Positions 58,286 to 64,000 of a stretch of DNA of 64,000 nt are shown here, in pieces. Position 1 is the stretch's first letter. The number at the start of each line of letters is the position of its first letter. Source of the DNA: the human T2T-CHM13v2.0 reference genome, Homo sapiens; the NCBI RefSeq assembly GCF_009914755.1, contig NC_060940.1. One strand, 5' to 3'. The notes beneath the pieces are model-generated. The model did no database searches. It was not told the DNA's origin and saw only the letters and a list, made by a program, of their open reading frames with translations. The position numbers were made by a program, and so were the translations under genes.

Positions 58286-58614
58286 CCCTTCCCCACCAGC
58301 CACAGGGCAGAGCCTTGGGCTAGAGACAGTGTACAGGTGGCAAAACAGAAATGGCATGAGACGTTCCTTTAAATCTCATTCTACCTTCCTACATTTGGAA
58401 AGTTTGGTGGAAGTAGAGCTTGGACTCCCCCTCAGTCGTGAGCCAGAGCCCCTGTGGGCACAATGAAATCTTGAAAACAACAGAAAATTTCCCTCCAGTA
58501 CTAGCTGCCCAAGGCCAGAATGCTAAAAAAGGGCTGAGCTTTATAAATCAGCACTGACAACTTCTGAGGACTCAAGGGCCGCTTCTCAATGGGCATCTAC
58601 CTCTGACACTGGAT

Positions 58615-60170
<1,556 letters not shown>

Positions 60171-60183
60171 AACAGAAAATAAG

Positions 60184-60628
60184 TGTCTTAGTCCATTTTC
60201 TGTTGCTCATAACAGATTACCTGAAACTGGATAATTTATAAAGAAAATGAATTTATTTCTTACAGTTATTGAGGTTGAGAAGTCCAAGGTCAAGAGGCTC
60301 CATCTGGTGAGGACCTTCTTGCTGTTGGGGGCTCTCCGTAGAGTCCCAAGGCAGCACAGGGCATTACATGGGAAGGGGATTGAGTGTGCTCACTTGCTAG
60401 CTCAGTTCCACTTCTTATAAAGACACCACTTCCACTCTCATGATAAACCACTAATTCATTAACACATTAATCCTTTAATTCATTAATCCATGAATAGATG
60501 AATCCATTCATGAAGGCAGAGCCCGCATGACCCAATCACATCTTAAAGTCTCCACCTCCCAATAGTACCACGTTGAGGATTAAATTTCAACATGAGTTTT
60601 GGAGGGGACAAATATTCAAACGATCGCA
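60184..60628 (-). mobile_element. MSTC/MSTD LTR
   Basis: tgtcttagtccattt...gagaagtccaaggtcaag...ggattaaatttcaacatgagttttggaggggacaaatattcaaac. Confidence 0.88.
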
Positions 60629-61248
60629 AGAGGCCAGACTGTAAAAGATAGGTTAAAATTCTTGGATTGCAAGCAACAAAAACCAACTCTAACTAATTTA
60701 AAATAGTAGAAACTTACTGGAAGGATGTGTAGTAACTCACAGAATCCAGAAGAAAGGGGAAGAGCCAGGTCTCAGAAAGGGCAAGAACCTAGATAGCTGC
60801 AGGGATTTGGCAACAGAAACTAATGAGGAATCTCTTCCAGGGTTTTATATCTGATTGGAATTTCAATCTTTATGACACCTTTTTAGTCTTTGTAACACAA
60901 TTGGTTCCTAATAGCCTAACTTTGGACATGCATCCCCACCCTTGGCCCACCAAGATTTTGTCCAAAGCAGGAGTAGTAGTCCTCAAGGAAAAATCTGGGG
61001 CTGTTACCAGATGTAGGGAAAATAGTTCCTGAGCAATTTAAAATAACAGATGGGAGGAAAGTCCAAACAATGAGCATTAGATTATTCTTTCAGTAACTTT
61101 TGCAGAGCTACATAGAAAACAAAGGAGACAGAAGCTTAAAAGGGTTGCAGGGTGAGAGAAAAGTTCAGCTGTTTGCTAGCAGCTGGAAACAAGTAAGCAA
61201 AATTTAAACAGTGACATAAAGAAGAAAGATGAGCCCCAAGGAAGTCTA

Positions 61249-61866
<618 letters not shown>

Positions 61867-61924
61867 TCACTTTAGTGCACAGATGGGGGAATAATGTGAT
61901 ACTTTGGAGATCACTGGATTTGGT

Positions 61925-62070
61925 CAGCATTTTCCAAACTGGTAACAAAAAGAGATGTTAATTGGTGCTTCACAGCTCTATAGTCAAGTAAGCTTAGAAA
62001 ATCTGTCCTCAATTCCTTTCTTGGATATTCTTTAGTGTATTGAAGGATATTGCAAAGGAATCTGTTTAAT
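61925..62070. mobile_element. MER103C-like fragment
   Basis: cagcattttccaaact...gtcaagtaagcttagaaa...tcttggatatt...ctgtttaat. Confidence 0.5.
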
Positions 62071-62319
62071 GGCAAGTCAAGTCAATTTCCTTGTGCCAGG
62101 GAAGACATTTATTGCAACAGCCCCTGTAGAATTTGGGAAGTCTTTAAACACAGTTTAAATGCGCTGTTACACTTATGTAATTTCATCTATTCCTGTCATA
62201 CAGGCCAACACCTGATTACCATATATGCCACAGTCACGATCTAATATATCCAGATTTCTAAGAAAATCCAGCCAAAGAATTCTATTCAAGTGCCCTTGTG
62301 ATTGTTTGCACATAATGCA

Positions 62320-62440
62320 AACAATGTACTCAATACTACTTTTTTTAATTAGTTCTACTCAATTTTTTAAAAATTGTTTTTTAATTGTCTACTCAATACT
62401 AACAAATGCTATTAATTGTCCTACTCAATACTAATAAATA
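62320..62440. repeat. Degenerate AT-rich minisatellite, about 32 bp x 4
   Basis: tactcaat core at 62327, 62356, 62390 and 62422. Confidence 0.75.
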
Positions 62441-63189
62441 CGATTTCAACTTTCAACCAAAAAGGGTCTACATAGACTTTGGGCCTAGAAGAAAAAGATC
62501 AGTTGTATCAGTCTAGCAATGAATTAGAAGGTTCAAGGCGCCAATGGGTGGGTTTGCAGGAAAGGTAGAAGGGGAAGGGATCTAAGCACAGGTGGATGGG
62601 TGAGCCCTTGCATACCTTGTTCTCGGAGACTAGCAGGAGGGGCTCAGGATGGTTGCACATAAGGATTAGCTTTAAGATGGAGGAGAGGCAGGTTGAAGGA
62701 GTTGAGGTGTTAGGTTGAAAGCTTATGCCTTTCTAGTGTCATGGGTGACTAGCTGCATGTTAAGGGTGGATGAAAGGATTCAGGCTGGGAGTGTATGATG
62801 AGAATTTGAAACATTTACTATGAAAAATGATGGAAAGGGCCTGAAAAGACAAATATAAGATCACTGAGCAGTACTGAGGGTTCAATGGAAGCTAGAATCC
62901 ATGAACATATTAAGGATATATTTGTAAGTGACAGCAATTTTCTCCAGTGCTGTTTGGCAACCCAGGGACAGAACTGGAAAGGATAAAAGGCTGGAAGGAT
63001 GCATTATTAGAGACTGGGGAGAGCAATTAGAACAGGAAAATTGATGAGGATGAAGATGATGCTATTGAAATGATTGTTCATTGGGTACAGAGAAGGTATG
63101 GAATAAAGTGAAATCAAGAGAATCCCAGATGAATTTGAAAATGGGTATAAGAAGTTTGAGACTGTGGAAAAGGTAGAAAGGGACAAGGT

Positions 63190-63975
63190 TGTAATCTGTA
63201 GTTTCCTGTGGCTACCATAACAAATTACTGCAAACTAGGTGGCTTAAAACAACCAAAATGCATTATTTCACAGTTCTAGAGGATAGAAGTCTGAGACCAA
63301 ATTGTTAGCAGGGTTGGTTCCTTCTGACTGCTCTGAGAAGAATCTGCCCTGTGCCTCTCTCCTAGCTTCCGGTGGCTGCTGGTGGCAATCCTAGGTGTTC
63401 ACGTCTTGTAGACATCTTACTTCACACTCTGCCTTCATCTTCAGGTCACCGTATTTCCTGTGTGACTCTTCTTCCCTTCTCTAACAAGGACACTCGTCAT
63501 TGGGTTTATGGCCCACTCTAATCCGGGATGATCTCATATGCAAGTCCTTAACTTAATTACATCTGCAAAGACCCTTTTGCCAAATAAGGTCACGTTCAAA
63601 TGTTCTGGGTGGGCTGGGTGTGGTGGCTACACCGTAATCCCAGCACTTTGGGAGGCCAAGGCAGGTAGATCTCTTGAGCCCAGGAGTTCAAGACCAGCCT
63701 AGGCAACATGGTGAAACCCTGTCTCTACAAAAAATACAAAAAATAGCTAGGAGTGGTGGTGAGTGCCTGTAGTCCAAGCTACCTGGGAGTTCTGAGGTGG
63801 GAGGATCACCTAAGCCAGGGGAGTTTGAGGCAGCAGTGAGCCCTGATGGCACCACTGTACTCCAGCCTGGGCGACAGCATAAGACTCTGTCACGCACACA
63901 CACAAAAAACCCCCAAACAGAACAAAGGTTCTGGGCGGACATATCTTTTGGAAGGTCACCATTCAAACCTCTACA
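63190..63975 (-). mobile_element. MLT1C-like LTR interrupted by an Alu
   Basis: gtggcttaaaacaac...cacagttctagagg...cttaattacatctgcaaagaccc...attcaaacctctaca. Confidence 0.85.
63612..63925 (+). mobile_element. AluJ
   Basis: TSD aa(t/g)gttctggg. Confidence 0.94.
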
Positions 63976-64000
63976 TAGTTTTAGAGTGAAATTTCTGAGT

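Noticed and set aside
62320-62440. CRISPR-like regularly spaced motif
   Set aside because: Eukaryotic DNA with an 8-12-nt core; the spacers are similar to each other and AT-rich, and there are no cas genes. It is a degenerate minisatellite.

Overview
Primate (most likely human) non-coding DNA. It is repeat-rich: about 29 Alu/FLAM copies, three THE1 solo LTRs, MST/MLT1/LTR16 LTRs, L1PA/PB/MA/ME fragments, many L2/MIR copies and an L3, plus hAT and Tigger MITEs (MER20, MER53, MER102, MER5, MER103C, Tigger3, Tigger4a, MER47A). I found no credible protein-coding exon, tRNA, rRNA, CpG island or CRISPR array. Most listed ORFs are Alu/L1/LTR translations or chance ORFs. Repeat family names come from recognising consensus sequences by eye, not from a RepeatMasker run, and boundaries of old repeats are approximate. 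LTRs and L1s lie mostly on the minus strand, which hints that the window sits inside a + strand transcription unit. The most unusual structure is an ungapped 139-bp non-repeat doublet (24179-24317 / 26229-26367, about 93% identical, 2050 bp apart). Copy 1 sits behind a well-spaced CCAAT-TATA-Inr arrangement and opens a 59-aa ORF with a hydrophobic C-terminus. Copy 2 begins exactly at a splice acceptor and lies within a 144-nt AG...GT exon-like unit. Other items of note are a near-consensus CTCF site, a 66-nt pre-miRNA-shaped hairpin, a Z-DNA/cruciform microsatellite pair, several homeodomain-motif-rich unique blocks (candidate enhancers) and atypical retrotransposition products. The sequence alone does not establish a new biological system; these are testable leads.
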